This document shows, in pieces, positions 48,735-58,746 of a stretch of 64,000 bases of DNA; positions within the stretch are counted from its first letter, which is position 1; every line of letters begins with the position of its first letter. Location of the stretch: assembly GCA_963758495.1 (NCBI GenBank), contig CAVWVI010000004.1, positions 1,024,001-1,088,000 of the forward strand, in the 5' to 3' direction. The position numbers and the translations under genes were made by a program. The stretch comes from Oligoflexia bacterium (lineage in GTDB: Bacteria; Bdellovibrionota; UBA1018). The notes below the pieces were generated by a model. That model was not told the origin of the DNA. It made no database searches and saw only the letters and a list, made by a program, of their open reading frames with translations.

Positions 48735-49292
48735 ATGAACAAAGCTGGCGTTAGTCTTTTATTTTTTTTAGTTCTGTTTTTTTCAGTCCCTGCATATTCT
48801 ATTGATTATAACAAATACTTTAAATCAGGATTTGCTCTTTCAGCGGGTGCAAACGTTATCGCTTCAGAACCCGGCTATCTCCTAAGACTTACCAGTCCAC
48901 ATTTTATAGGAAAGGAAGTTGCTCTTCAGTTCCAATTTGGGCAGCAGCTATTTTCAGGATTTAAATCAAGTTCAGGTTCTTATGAGGATCAGACGTATTT
49001 TCTATTAGAGCCTGCTTCTGTCATGAGATATCCGTTGCTCACTTATTTGAGGCCCTATATTTTATTGGGACTTCCCATTTACACTGGAAAAGACGTCTCA
49101 AATGAAGGCGGCATGGGAAGTCATCTTGCCCTAGGTGCAGAATTTTTGAAAAGTCCTGATAGCAGTTTCTTATTATTTGGTGAAATGGGTTATTATCTTT
49201 TGTTTGTTGGTAAAGCGGATCAATATACTGGCAGTCCACACTTTGGACAAGGTGTTGTATTTACAATCGGAATCAAGGCATATCTTTATTAA
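48735..49292 (+). CDS. Small outer-membrane beta-barrel protein
   Basis: Signal peptide, alternating amphipathic strands (LRPYILLG, HLALGAEF, FTIGIKAYLY), terminal aromatic residue. Confidence 0.7.
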   Translation: MNKAGVSLLFFLVLFFSVPAYSIDYNKYFKSGFALSAGANVIASEPGYLLRLTSPHFIGKEVALQFQFGQQLFSGFKSSSGSYEDQTYFLLEPASVMRYPLLTYLRPYILLGLPIYTGKDVSNEGGMGSHLALGAEFLKSPDSSFLLFGEMGYYLLFVGKADQYTGSPHFGQGVVFTIGIKAYLY

Positions 49293-49355
49293 GATTTAGG
49301 TCCTTAAACTAATGAGTATTGCCGTATTTTTTCTAAAAAATTAAACAAGCATAAA

Positions 49356-50816
49356 TTAAGGAAGTCCGTGGTCACCGCGATCAGGACGTCCACCCATGAT
49401 AGGAGTCCCTGCTCCATCCTTAGCCAAATTTGCAAATAAAGTGTACTCAGGTAACCAAGCAAGACGAATGGTATCCGTTTCACCGGCACGATGTTTTGCT
49501 ACAATTAGCTCGGCAATTCCACGATCTTCGCTTTCTTTGTTATACACTTCGTCACGATAAATAAAACAGACCATGTCTGCATCCTGCTCAATGGCGCCCG
49601 ATTCTCTCAAATCCGAAAGCATAGGTCGTTTATTAGGACGACTCTCTACACCTCGATTGAGCTGTGAAAGTGCAATGATAGGCACTTTAAGTTCCTTCGC
49701 AAGGCTTTTTAGATTTCGACTGATTTCCGAAATTTCTCGTTCACGACTCCCATCGCCTTTTTGCGAATTTCGAGAGCCTTTCATGAGCTGTAAATAGTCG
49801 ACAACAATCATATCAAGCCGCTTTTCCACCGACTGAAGTCGTCGACAACGGGCGCGAATATCCATGACTGTTAAATCACCTGAATCATCTATAAAAATTT
49901 TAGATTTTGAGAGTTGATCTGCAGACTGAGCAAGGCGAGGCCAATCACGGTCCGCTAATCGCCCTATTTTTAATTTTTTCGCATCGATACGGGTCATTCC
50001 AGAGAGGAAACGAAAACCCAATTCCTCTTTTGACATTTCGAGTGAAAAGATAGCTACAACTGCTTTTTCAGTATGAGCAATGTTTTGAGCCATTGATAAA
50101 AACAAACTGGTCTTCCCCATCGCGGGTCTGGCTGCAATAATAATTAATTGACCTGCGCGCAAACCACTCGTGAGGCGATCAAAATCATGAAAGCCTGTCG
50201 ACAGGCCTATCACATCAGCTCGCTTTTGAGAGAGCTCCTCAATCGTATGCATGTTCTGAACTAGAATCTGCTGCATACTTGAAAAAGATTTTGTTAATTT
50301 TGCATCTGAAACTGCAAAGACTCTGCTCTCTGCTTCATCTAGATAGGACTCAGTATCTTCGACACCTTCGTAAGCTTCTGAAGCAATTTCAGCAGTAATT
50401 TGAATCATTCTTCTGAGAAGCGCCTTATCCCGAATAATTCGAGCATAGTACGTGACGTTTCCAACTGCGAATGTATCATCAAAAAGACTTGTGAGAGTAG
50501 AGGTGCCCCCTACTTGCTCAAATGAGCCTCGATCTCGTAAGGCTGCCGTCAAAGTCACAAGATCAACAGGTTCACCCCGTTCTGAAAGACTTAAGGCTAT
50601 TTCAAAGATTTTTTGATGTGAAGCTTTATAGAAATCTCGGGCCTCTAATCCAATCTCTAGAACCCTATGGACCGATTCATTATTAAGAAGAATGGCTCCT
50701 AAAACAGATCGTTCCGCCTCTGTGTTGTGCGGAGGAACCCTTCCTGTGGCTCCTCGATCTGTAGAGGTAGAGGACTTTTCCTTAGGCTCTTCCTTGAAGC
50801 CATTTTCTCCAAACAT
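49356..50816 (-). CDS. dnaB: Replicative DNA helicase
   Basis: VPPHNTEAERSVLG, AARPAMGKT, FSLEMS, VVDYLQLM, ALSQLNR, SDLRESGAIEQDAD. Confidence 0.98.
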   Translation of the reverse strand: MFGENGFKEEPKEKSSTSTDRGATGRVPPHNTEAERSVLGAILLNNESVHRVLEIGLEARDFYKASHQKIFEIALSLSERGEPVDLVTLTAALRDRGSFEQVGGTSTLTSLFDDTFAVGNVTYYARIIRDKALLRRMIQITAEIASEAYEGVEDTESYLDEAESRVFAVSDAKLTKSFSSMQQILVQNMHTIEELSQKRADVIGLSTGFHDFDRLTSGLRAGQLIIIAARPAMGKTSLFLSMAQNIAHTEKAVVAIFSLEMSKEELGFRFLSGMTRIDAKKLKIGRLADRDWPRLAQSADQLSKSKIFIDDSGDLTVMDIRARCRRLQSVEKRLDMIVVDYLQLMKGSRNSQKGDGSREREISEISRNLKSLAKELKVPIIALSQLNRGVESRPNKRPMLSDLRESGAIEQDADMVCFIYRDEVYNKESEDRGIAELIVAKHRAGETDTIRLAWLPEYTLFANLAKDGAGTPIMGGRPDRGDHGLP

Positions 50817-50824
50817 TGACCTCT

Positions 50825-51271
50825 CTATGCCTCTTTAGCAACCCATACTTTCAAGGTCGCTGTGACATCGGACTCTAACTTTAAAGTCACGGAATGCACA
50901 CCTAGAGACTTAATAGGGACATTTAATAAAATAGAGCGCTTATCGATTTTGAAACCAGCTGCTTTTAAAGCGTCTGCAATATCGCCTGAAGTGACAGAAC
51001 CGAAAAGTCTATCTTGTTCACCCACTTTACGACTTAAAGTGCATGAGAATTGCTCAAGTTTATTAGCTAATTCTTGTGCAGTTGCTCTCTGAGCAAGTCT
51101 CTTCTTTTCAAGTAATTTTTTATGATGCTCAATTGTTGCAATGTTATTTTCATCTGCTGCAACCACTAAGTTTCTAGGAAGCAAGAAATTTCTTGCATAT
51201 CCATCAGACACTTTGACTACATCTCCCGTAGTACCTAAATTCTCTACATTTTCACGTAAAATGACCAACAT
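50825..51271 (-). CDS. rplI: 50S ribosomal protein L9
   Basis: VILRENVENLG..GDVVKVSDGYARNFLLP, RLFGSVT. Confidence 0.98.
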   Translation of the reverse strand: MLVILRENVENLGTTGDVVKVSDGYARNFLLPRNLVVAADENNIATIEHHKKLLEKKRLAQRATAQELANKLEQFSCTLSRKVGEQDRLFGSVTSGDIADALKAAGFKIDKRSILLNVPIKSLGVHSVTLKLESDVTATLKVWVAKEA

Positions 51272-51304
51272 GGTTCACTCCTTCAATATATAAAACAGAA
51301 AATA

Positions 51305-52351
51305 TTACGATTGCCTTAACTTGCTTCGAAAGTCAAACCAGAGGTCAAAGAACCCCAAACTCAAAACAAGAGGCATCATTAAAATCAAAACCACAGAAAA
51401 TCCGATCAAACGAAAAAGTCCTCGAATATTCCATACTTCAAAAAAGAAACTCAAGATACTCAAACCTTGAATTGCATAAATAGCCATTAAAAACTTAAAC
51501 ACATTCAATGCAACATGAGACACAATTCCCAAATCAACTACAAGGAAAAAACCCGTAATAATGGTTGGCCAAACAAGATAAAATGGTGTTTTCCATTTTC
51601 TAAAGTACCCAGCATCCAGGCCTAAACTTTCCCGAACACCCTTTGGGTTTATCTTTAATAGAAGAACCAGATTTGACCAAACCAATATCAGTGAAAAATT
51701 AGCCAAAGCAGAAGGAAATTCCAAAAAAAGACTTCGCTTCCACTCATCTATATCACTCGGGTTAATCAAAGCAGATGAACTTGTCGAGGTAGAAACCGAC
51801 TGAACAAGGTAATCTACAAAACTTGCTACTTGAGTCCGAAGCTCATGAATTGGATTCAAATGATGAAGTCCAAAATAAGCCGCTACAATAGTACTGGCGA
51901 GGATACCCATAACCAGTAAAGTGAACATGACCTGCTTTTCCAAAGACTTCTTAAATCGAATCAGCTCTGAAAGAGTCAGTGCAAGAGTCACAATAAAAAT
52001 GAGATAATAGGCTAAAAGACTAAAACTACCACCGACAAGACCTACAATAAGTCCGTTAGTAGCAGCAGCAAACCAAGCCCATATTCTCCCTTTGCGAATA
52101 TGAATAAATAACAATGGCAGCGGCGCAAAAAGAACAAAAATAACACTCAGGAAAAAAAATGCGCTAAGAAAAAATGGCCCTACACCGCTCCACCAAGGAG
52201 TACGCGCAGGAACATTTGGCTTCTGAATAGGATCTTTTAGCCTGGGTTCAGTAGTTATGGAACCAGGATTCAGCCCTTCGGCTGAATCCGATTTCACTTC
52301 TTGCTCCTGAGGTTGAACCAAGTCTTTAGAACTAGGTACCCATTGAGACAT
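51305..52351 (-). CDS. DUF2232 (YybS-like) membrane protein
   Basis: Multi-[29 protein letters not shown]; located between rpsR and rplI. Confidence 0.85.
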   Translation of the reverse strand: MSQWVPSSKDLVQPQEQEVKSDSAEGLNPGSITTEPRLKDPIQKPNVPARTPWWSGVGPFFLSAFFFLSVIFVLFAPLPLLFIHIRKGRIWAWFAAATNGLIVGLVGGSFSLLAYYLIFIVTLALTLSELIRFKKSLEKQVMFTLLVMGILASTIVAAYFGLHHLNPIHELRTQVASFVDYLVQSVSTSTSSSALINPSDIDEWKRSLFLEFPSALANFSLILVWSNLVLLLKINPKGVRESLGLDAGYFRKWKTPFYLVWPTIITGFFLVVDLGIVSHVALNVFKFLMAIYAIQGLSILSFFFEVWNIRGLFRLIGFSVVLILMMPLVLSLGFFDLWFDFRSKLRQS

Positions 52352-52673
52352 AGCCTACCAAGGCCAAATTTCTGGCCCGTTTTACTGCTGTAGTAAGATG
52401 ACGTTGATGAAGAGCACAATTGCCTGATATACGACGAGGCACGATTTTTCCGTGCTCAGTAACAAACGATTGCATCATACGTACATCTTTATAATCTAAT
52501 ATAAAGTCTTGATCTGAACAAAAGCGACAAACTTTTTTCCGATGGAATCCACCACCACGACGTCCACGATCATCACCGTCTTTTTCCATACGATCATCCC
52601 GATTCGAGCGATCATCGCGATTGGAACGATCATTTCTATCACGCATATCTGATTTTAAATTTGTTATGGCCAT
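52332..52673 (-). CDS. rpsR: 30S ribosomal protein S18 (Zn-binding type, N-terminal R/D-rich extension)
   Basis: [30 protein letters not shown]...AVKRAR. Confidence 0.97.
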   Translation of the reverse strand: MAITNLKSDMRDRNDRSNRDDRSNRDDRMEKDGDDRGRRGGGFHRKKVCRFCSDQDFILDYKDVRMMQSFVTEHGKIVPRRISGNCALHQRHLTTAVKRARNLALVGYVSMGT

Positions 52674-52699
52674 GATTTTCTCCTTAATATCCCTAAAGA

Positions 52700-53212
52700 C
52701 TATTCTTCTTCGCCTTCAATGACACCAGCTGAAACGTCTTCAATGTCTTCAACATCATGACGTCGATAATCTCCACGATCATCGCCATAGCCGCGACGTT
52801 CTGCATTCCGTTCTTCTCTACGCGCTTCACGCTCTTCTTCTCTTCGTTTAGCTGCAGCATGAATATCAGACCGTTGCTTCTTAAAAGCCGTACCATCAAA
52901 TTCTTTTTCTAAATTTACGGTTAAAAAGCGAAGAACATGTTCATGGAGACGAAGATTACGCTCCATCTCATGAACCACATCTCCGGTACCTGTATAAACG
53001 ACATAAGTGTAATGTCCACGGGACTCTTTTTGGATTGGATAAGCCATTTTTCGCTTACCCCAATCTTCAGTTAAAACTACTTCGCCTTTAAAAGACGCTA
53101 CTACTTGCACTAAACGCTCTTGAAGTGTTTTCAGTCCTTCGTCAGAAAGTTCTGAACGAGTAATAAATGTTGTTTCATAACCTGAACGAATCTCAGAAGC
53201 TCGCTTTGTCAT
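52700..53212 (-). CDS. rpsF: 30S ribosomal protein S6 (charged C-terminal extension)
   Basis: [31 protein letters not shown] 53212 preceded by AAGGAGG. Confidence 0.97.
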   Translation of the reverse strand: MTKRASEIRSGYETTFITRSELSDEGLKTLQERLVQVVASFKGEVVLTEDWGKRKMAYPIQKESRGHYTYVVYTGTGDVVHEMERNLRLHEHVLRFLTVNLEKEFDGTAFKKQRSDIHAAAKRREEEREARREERNAERRGYGDDRGDYRRHDVEDIEDVSAGVIEGEEE

Positions 53213-53219
53213 ATCAATT

Positions 53220-53290
53220 CCTCCTTGTGAATAATGGACAGAGTCCAAAAGCCCGAGTTGTTTATTTTTTTGGGTCGTCTCGAGCAAGGT
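53220..53290 (-). promoter_or_regulatory. Putative S6:S18 autoregulatory leader of rpsF
   Basis: mRNA CCUUGCUCGAG...CUCGGGC-UUU-UGGACUCUGUCCA...CAAGGAGG: CCUUG pairs with the SD (CAAGG) and GCUCGAG pairs with CUCGGGC. Confidence 0.65.
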
Positions 53291-53343
53291 TTCGAGTCTA
53301 TTAGCATAGCCACGACCAATAACCAATGGAATTATCCATACCC

Positions 53344-54174
53344 TTACGGCCGTGAGCGCCCTTCCAGAGGATGACTCGGTGGCTTTGTGTCCTGATCATT
53401 TTGCTGAGCAGCCTTACGCTTTGATCCAATCATATGAACTACCCAGATCGCTCCTTCATACATTAAAATGAGAGGAGCTCCTAAAATTAACATGGACATA
53501 GCGTCGGGTGGTGCAAAGAGTGCCGCAAGAACCGTAATCCCTAAAATCGCCGTCCGACGATGCTCACGCAAAAATGTCGCATCTATAACACCCAGAAACC
53601 CTAGCGAGCAAATGACTACAGGAAGCTCAAAAGCTAAACCAAACAACAATAAGAGCTTAAGACAAGTACTATAGTAAGAGTCGATAGTAAGAAGTGGAAT
53701 ATCTGTGGGGGCACCATAAGTTACAAAATATTTAAATCCTACCGGGAACAAAATGAAATAAGCGAAACTTGCACCACCCAAAAAGAAAACGGTAGTCGCT
53801 ATCACAAATGGCAGAACCAATTTCCTTTCCTTAGGGTACAAACCTGGAGCTATAAATGCCCATAATTGGTAAAAATAATAAGGAGATAGAAAGAAAAGAG
53901 CTGCATATCCACCCACTTTAAGATGGGTCATGAAATTCTCAAAAAGACTCGTAAAATAGAGCTTCCTATTTTCAGGAGGCATGGCATTGAATAAAGGTTT
54001 TCGTAGCACCTCTAAGATAGGGTCAGCAAAAAAGTAAAATACGACGAATCCAACGAAGAAAACAGCCAAACACTTCATCAAGCGCGAGCGCAATTCTTCA
54101 AGATGATCGTAGAAGCTCATATTTCGTATCGATTTTTGTTGTAGCATGATGTGTTGAGGGTAATATTTGCTCAC
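53344..54174 (-). CDS. tatC: Twin-arginine translocase subunit TatC
   Basis: MSFYDHLEELRSRL, YQLWAFIAPGLYPKE, FGLAFELP, APPDAMS; start could be 54174, 54147 or 54120. Confidence 0.96.
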   Translation of the reverse strand: MSKYYPQHIMLQQKSIRNMSFYDHLEELRSRLMKCLAVFFVGFVVFYFFADPILEVLRKPLFNAMPPENRKLYFTSLFENFMTHLKVGGYAALFFLSPYYFYQLWAFIAPGLYPKERKLVLPFVIATTVFFLGGASFAYFILFPVGFKYFVTYGAPTDIPLLTIDSYYSTCLKLLLLFGLAFELPVVICSLGFLGVIDATFLREHRRTAILGITVLAALFAPPDAMSMLILGAPLILMYEGAIWVVHMIGSKRKAAQQNDQDTKPPSHPLEGRSRP

Positions 54175-54193
54175 TCGAAGGAGATGTCAACCT

Positions 54194-54883
54194 ATGCGTT
54201 CATGGCTTCTCGTTATTTTTGGCGCTATTTTGTCGATTTTAATTATTTCTGCCTTTATTTACAGTCAAATGGTTTATGTACACCCCCTAAAAGAGAATAT
54301 GAACCCGCCTCTGGCTTTAGAAACCCTCTCTACAGCCCTTCCAAGCCCCGCGACTCTTCCTTCAAACACGACCTCTGAACTTTTACCTGATTTGTCACCT
54401 GATTTGTCACCTGATTTGTCACCTGACCTGTCAATCGACCCAAGAAACGGGCTTTCAAAGACAACCGTCGTAATTACCACCGATGTGGGAGTTATAAAGT
54501 TTAAGTTTTTCACCCTTGAGGCTCCTAAAACATCTCATAAAATCGCTGAATTAATTAACAGAGGATTTTATAATGGACTCACTTTCCACCGTGTAGTACC
54601 GGGCTTTGTCATTCAAGGCGGAGACCCGAGCGGAAATGGCAGTGGAGGAAGTGGGCAAAAGATAGATGCTGAATTCAATCAGCATAGGCATGTTGAAGGC
54701 ACCGTTGCCATGGCTCGGGCGGCAGACGATTTAAATTCGGCCGATTCTCAATTCTATATCACTTTAGGAACTTTCCCAGCCTTGGACCACAAATACACAG
54801 TTTTCGGACAAGTCATAGAAGGCATGGATGTCGCAAAAAAGATTAAAGCAGGCGACAAAATGGTCACTCTAAAAATGGAATAA
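54194..54883 (+). CDS. Membrane-anchored cyclophilin-type peptidyl-prolyl isomerase
   Basis: FYNGLTFHRVVPGFVIQGGDP, GTVAMAR, SADSQFYI, YTVFGQV; ATG 54194 with AAGGAG RBS. Confidence 0.93.
   Translation: MRSWLLVIFGAILSILIISAFIYSQMVYVHPLKENMNPPLALETLSTALPSPATLPSNTTSELLPDLSPDLSPDLSPDLSIDPRNGLSKTTVVITTDVGVIKFKFFTLEAPKTSHKIAELINRGFYNGLTFHRVVPGFVIQGGDPSGNGSGGSGQKIDAEFNQHRHVEGTVAMARAADDLNSADSQFYITLGTFPALDHKYTVFGQVIEGMDVAKKIKAGDKMVTLKME
54385..54433. repeat. 12-bp tandem repeat (ACCTGATTTGTC) x~4 in the cyclophilin linker (PDLS x4)
   Basis: Read directly from the sequence. Confidence 0.9.
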
Positions 54884-54986
54884 AAGTAGTTCCTTTAAGC
54901 CTGTTAACAAGCACAGCGAGGAGTCCTGTTCGCCGTAAAGATTTGAATTCCCGGCGGCGCAACAGGACTCCTCCTTGCTGTGCTTA
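54884..54986. repeat. ~100-bp palindromic dispersed repeat, copy 1 (REP/MITE-like)
   Basis: aagtagttccttta...aagcacagcgaggagtcctgtt...aacaggactcctc...gctgtgctta; homologous to 58747-58844. Confidence 0.9.
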
Positions 54987-54989
54987 CAG

Positions 54990-55601
54990 TTAATGCCAAT
55001 CTTTCTTAAATTGCTTGTTGGGTAGAATTCCTACTTCCTGGAGGGCTTTAGCCGCACGTTCACTCCGAGTCCTAATCCAGACCTCATACATCCGTAAAAT
55101 ATCTTTTTCACTCCGTTGAGCTGTTTTGTCGCTGACTTCAGCTAAAACCTCAACTAGAGCTCCAAATTTTTCGGAGAGCTCACAGTACAACATTTTCATC
55201 ATTTCTAACTCAGCCCTTGCCGCTACCTGACGATAGGCCGTACCACCCATATCGATGTAGTAATCGACATCGACTAATTTTCGATTCAAACTATCCTGAA
55301 AGTACCCAGCCATATAAAGAGAGACATCTCCAATGTGTCGAAACATGACGCTTTGGGTATGAGTTTGGGGCTGCTCGAGAGCCTCCTTCACCAAAATTGC
55401 TAAAGGCTCATCCCGAGCCTCTCCTTGAGGATTTCTTGTATAGAGACGATCAGTCGTCATAAACTGATTCAATAGATTAACTAAATAGAACTCCGTTTCT
55501 GGCTGTGTAGAAACCTTTTGCTTCCCTAGAGCTTCTGTCACTAGCTCCCTGAAATAGTCTTGTGGTTGTGAAACGAGAGTTAAGTTCGACTTGTCTGTCA
55601 T
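54990..55601 (-). CDS. Conserved hypothetical protein
   Basis: GAGGAGG RBS; TEFYLVNLL, FRHIGDVSLYMAGYFQDSLNRKLVDVDYYIDMGGTAY looks like a conserved uncharacterised family. Confidence 0.75.
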   Translation of the reverse strand: MTDKSNLTLVSQPQDYFRELVTEALGKQKVSTQPETEFYLVNLLNQFMTTDRLYTRNPQGEARDEPLAILVKEALEQPQTHTQSVMFRHIGDVSLYMAGYFQDSLNRKLVDVDYYIDMGGTAYRQVAARAELEMMKMLYCELSEKFGALVEVLAEVSDKTAQRSEKDILRMYEVWIRTRSERAAKALQEVGILPNKQFKKDWH

Positions 55602-55782
55602 GTAACTTTAAACCTCCTCAAATATGCTTCATACAAAATCTTTGCCTAAAAAAGGATACAGTTTTAATCACCTATTATACAAGCACTACTCTTATCTATT
55701 CTAACCCTATCTTTTCTAGTGTCAAATAAGGGGATGTCGTGGACGACACGGAAGAATATGAGTAGACTCAGACTGCTTAACT

Positions 55783-56424
55783 ATGAACTCATTTAAAGCC
55801 GCCTGCCAAATTCACCTTCTTTTAACTGTATTGATTTGCATGAGTGCATCTTCGTGGGCCCGAAATGCACTACCGGCAAAAGCCGCAACAGAAACTGAAA
55901 TTCACGTTACACTTCTGGATCGTCCTTGCTTGCTAAAAGGCCCCTTCGATGAAATTACACTCAAAGCTATTCATGCCATTGGTCCCGATCAAATTCCGAA
56001 TATTTTCTATCCAGTTCCACAACATTCTAAAGAGCAAATTAAAAATGCTCTGGAGAAGATTCGTAGTAGTAAGAATTTATCTTCACTCTTAGATCATGAC
56101 TCAATTCTAGATCGATACCGAGACAAGCAAAGAAAAAGACTCGAGGCAGAGATTGCATTATTAGAGGGCCTTGAAACTCAGCAAAAGACTCATACATCAG
56201 CTTTGTTATTAGCTGCAGGAAACCAATTTCTAAGTGGACCAGAACACCAAAACTTCATAAATGCTGTAAAAAAATTAGATGGCAACAAAAAATCTGCCCA
56301 AAATCAAAAACTTGTTGAACAGATTTTTAACATTTACGACGATGGGATCGAGCGCGACCCAGAAGAAGAATTTCATCGCGCTATTAAAAAAATGAAAGTT
56401 GAATATACCTGCTCATTTGAATAA
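55783..56424 (+). CDS. Secreted hypothetical helical protein
   Basis: Signal peptide (...MSASSWA); 213-aa ORF convergent with the transketolase. Confidence 0.65.
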   Translation: MNSFKAACQIHLLLTVLICMSASSWARNALPAKAATETEIHVTLLDRPCLLKGPFDEITLKAIHAIGPDQIPNIFYPVPQHSKEQIKNALEKIRSSKNLSSLLDHDSILDRYRDKQRKRLEAEIALLEGLETQQKTHTSALLLAAGNQFLSGPEHQNFINAVKKLDGNKKSAQNQKLVEQIFNIYDDGIERDPEEEFHRAIKKMKVEYTCSFE

Positions 56425-56429
56425 AACTT

Positions 56430-57401
56430 TTAACCTCTCACCATCTCCAGTATGGCATTTCGAATTCCATTCGCACTGATTCCATAGTGCTCATAAAGAT
56501 CCTCAGGATAACCTACTATTGCCCATTGATCTTGAATTCCTAATCTACGAAATGGCGTTTTTAATCCTTCCTCAGCCAAAACCTCTGCAACTGCTGACCC
56601 TAAACCACCGATAATTGAATGCTCTTCCACTGTAATAATTCCACCCGTCTCTTTTGCCGCCGCGATAATGACGTTTCTATCTAAGGGTTTAATGGTGTGC
56701 ATATCCACTAACCGCACTCCGATTTTTTCATCTAATTGCAAAAATTCCGCAGCTTCTTTACCCCCTTCAACACCCACCCCACAAGCGATGACGGTCACGT
56801 CTTTTCCTTCATGAAGGATATTTGCTTTCCCTATTTTAAATTCAAACTGGTCATTCTCATAAGCCGGAAACTCAAATCCTCTTCCCAAGCGAATATAAGC
56901 GGGGCCTTTAAAGTCAACGAGTGCTCTCACCACTTGTGCTGTCTCAAAACTATCTGCCGGCACAAGGACAGTCATGTTTGGAAAAGTTCGCATAATAGCG
57001 ATATCCTCTAAACAATGATGTGTTGTCCCTGCTTGACCAAAAGAAAGTCCCGAATGAGTTGCCATGATCTTCACGTTAGTTTCCTGATAACAAATATCGG
57101 TTCGAACTTGCTCACAAGCTCTCATTGCAGCAAAAGCACCAAAAGTAGCAACAAAGGGATGCTTACCCCCCAATGACATTCCAGCCGCAACTGTCATGAG
57201 TGTTTGTTCCATGATACCAAAATTAAAATAACGATCAGGATAAGTCTGAACAAATTCTTTCATTTTAGTGGATTTCACAAGATCAGCAGTCAAAAAAACA
57301 ATCTCAGGTCTTGTTTGAGCAAGTTGAGTCAGCACTTTGCCATAAATCTCAGCTTGAGTCAGTTCATCCAGGGTATCCACATTCCAAGTGAGTCCTTCCA
57401 T
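56430..57401 (-). CDS. Transketolase-family C-terminal subunit (Pyr + C domain), atypical acceptor site
   Basis: LTADLVKST, NFGIMEQ, RACEQVR, ATHSGLSFGQAGTTHH, AYIRLGR, TIKPLD, TVEEHSIIGGLGSAVAE. Confidence 0.92.
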   Translation of the reverse strand: MEGLTWNVDTLDELTQAEIYGKVLTQLAQTRPEIVFLTADLVKSTKMKEFVQTYPDRYFNFGIMEQTLMTVAAGMSLGGKHPFVATFGAFAAMRACEQVRTDICYQETNVKIMATHSGLSFGQAGTTHHCLEDIAIMRTFPNMTVLVPADSFETAQVVRALVDFKGPAYIRLGRGFEFPAYENDQFEFKIGKANILHEGKDVTVIACGVGVEGGKEAAEFLQLDEKIGVRLVDMHTIKPLDRNVIIAAAKETGGIITVEEHSIIGGLGSAVAEVLAEEGLKTPFRRLGIQDQWAIVGYPEDLYEHYGISANGIRNAILEMVRG

Positions 57402-57403
57402 AC

Positions 57404-58297
57404 TTAACTCCTCTTTAGCTTCCCTAACTGTTGATAAGCTCGGATTGTACTTTCATAATTCTGATCAAGATCAGCGAGGGCCTTTTTTTCTAACTCTGTA
57501 TCCAAACCCCCATAATGCCAAGTCACAGAGTTCTCCATCCAAGGAATTCCCTTTCCTTTGATGGTATTCATCAAAATAGCTGTGGGCTTACCTGCCTGAG
57601 GGTCTGGCAGTGTATAGAGACTTTCTAATATCTCAGTCATCTGATGCCCATCTATTTCCGTGACCTTCCAACCAAAAGCTTCCAATTTTGCTCGTAAAGG
57701 TGAAAGCTCCATAATCTCCGAAATGGGGCCGTCCTGACTCATCTTATTATAATCAATAAGAGCTACTAAATTTCCAACTTTGTGATGACTAGCCGCTAAA
57801 AAAGCTTCCCAGTTACTTCCTTCACATAGTTCTCCATCACTCATGAGAGTAAAAACTCTCTCCATACGTAGATCCATTTTTTTCGCCAGTGCGATACCCA
57901 AGGAGAGACCTAAACCATGCCCTAAGGAGCCGGTACTGGCTTCAACACCAACGATTTTTTTATGATCTGGATGAATTCCAAATGGGGACCCTGTTTGGTT
58001 GAAGGTTTCCATTTCTTCGATGGGAAAGAACCCTCGATCGCCCAGTACTAAACAATATCCAACTCCCGCATGTCCCTTAGAAAGAATAAAGACATCCCTG
58101 TCTGGTTTTTTAGGATTTTTCGGGTCAATATTTAAATAATGATAATAAAGCGCCACTACCATTTCCATCATGGAGAAACTACCACCTATATGAGCGCCTC
58201 CAATTTTCCCGGTCAGTTGAATTAACTTCCGCCTGAGTTCGTAAGACTTATATTCGAGCCGAGTAATAAGGTCCGGAGTAACAGATTTTTTGTTCAT
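57404..58297 (-). CDS. Transketolase-family N-terminal subunit (ThDP-binding)
   Basis: HIGGSFS, RDVFILSKGHA, STGSLGHGL, SDGELCEGSNWEA...DYN, TIKGKG. Confidence 0.92.
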   Translation of the reverse strand: MNKKSVTPDLITRLEYKSYELRRKLIQLTGKIGGAHIGGSFSMMEMVVALYYHYLNIDPKNPKKPDRDVFILSKGHAGVGYCLVLGDRGFFPIEEMETFNQTGSPFGIHPDHKKIVGVEASTGSLGHGLGLSLGIALAKKMDLRMERVFTLMSDGELCEGSNWEAFLAASHHKVGNLVALIDYNKMSQDGPISEIMELSPLRAKLEAFGWKVTEIDGHQMTEILESLYTLPDPQAGKPTAILMNTIKGKGIPWMENSVTWHYGGLDTELEKKALADLDQNYESTIRAYQQLGKLKRS

Positions 58298-58725
58298 CGA
58301 ATGACCAGATGCCCCATTCCTAATCTTTCTAAAATGACAGGATAAATCCGAAAGGAGGGACGAATAATAGGAATTAACTGCAAAGCCTTAGTAATGCTTC
58401 CTTTGGCTGAAACTTGCCTCTTAGCGAGGGCAGCAATCACATTTTCTTTTCCTTGCCAAAAGCGATTAGAAAAATCCGCTGATTGTTTAAAGGTAACATC
58501 TGGAACTAATAGAGTCTCACCCCACGTGATCTTGGCCGAAACATCTGCATCACTTATTGAATTTTTTAGGTCGATAGTAATTTGAGCATCTGGGTCAGTA
58601 TATTGAAATTGAACGATCATCTTGGCACGATCCAATTTTGGGCCAATGATTGGATGACTCAATACTTCTTTGATGAATGAATTAAATACGCTTTCGAGCT
58701 CTTTTGAATCTTTAAATAACCCCAT
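58294..58725 (-). CDS. SCP2 sterol/lipid-binding domain protein B
   Basis: IVQFQYTDPDAQITID...PDVTFKQSAD...FWQGKENVIAALAKRQVSAKGSITKALQL; ATG 58725 with AAAAGGA RBS. Confidence 0.8.
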   Translation of the reverse strand: MGLFKDSKELESVFNSFIKEVLSHPIIGPKLDRAKMIVQFQYTDPDAQITIDLKNSISDADVSAKITWGETLLVPDVTFKQSADFSNRFWQGKENVIAALAKRQVSAKGSITKALQLIPIIRPSFRIYPVILERLGMGHLVIR

Positions 58726-58746
58726 GTTTGATGTCCTTTTTATTGT

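Noticed and set aside
53213..53326. 38-aa N-terminal extension of S6 in the ORF track
   Set aside because: It is the structured leader; a strong SD precedes ATG 53212.
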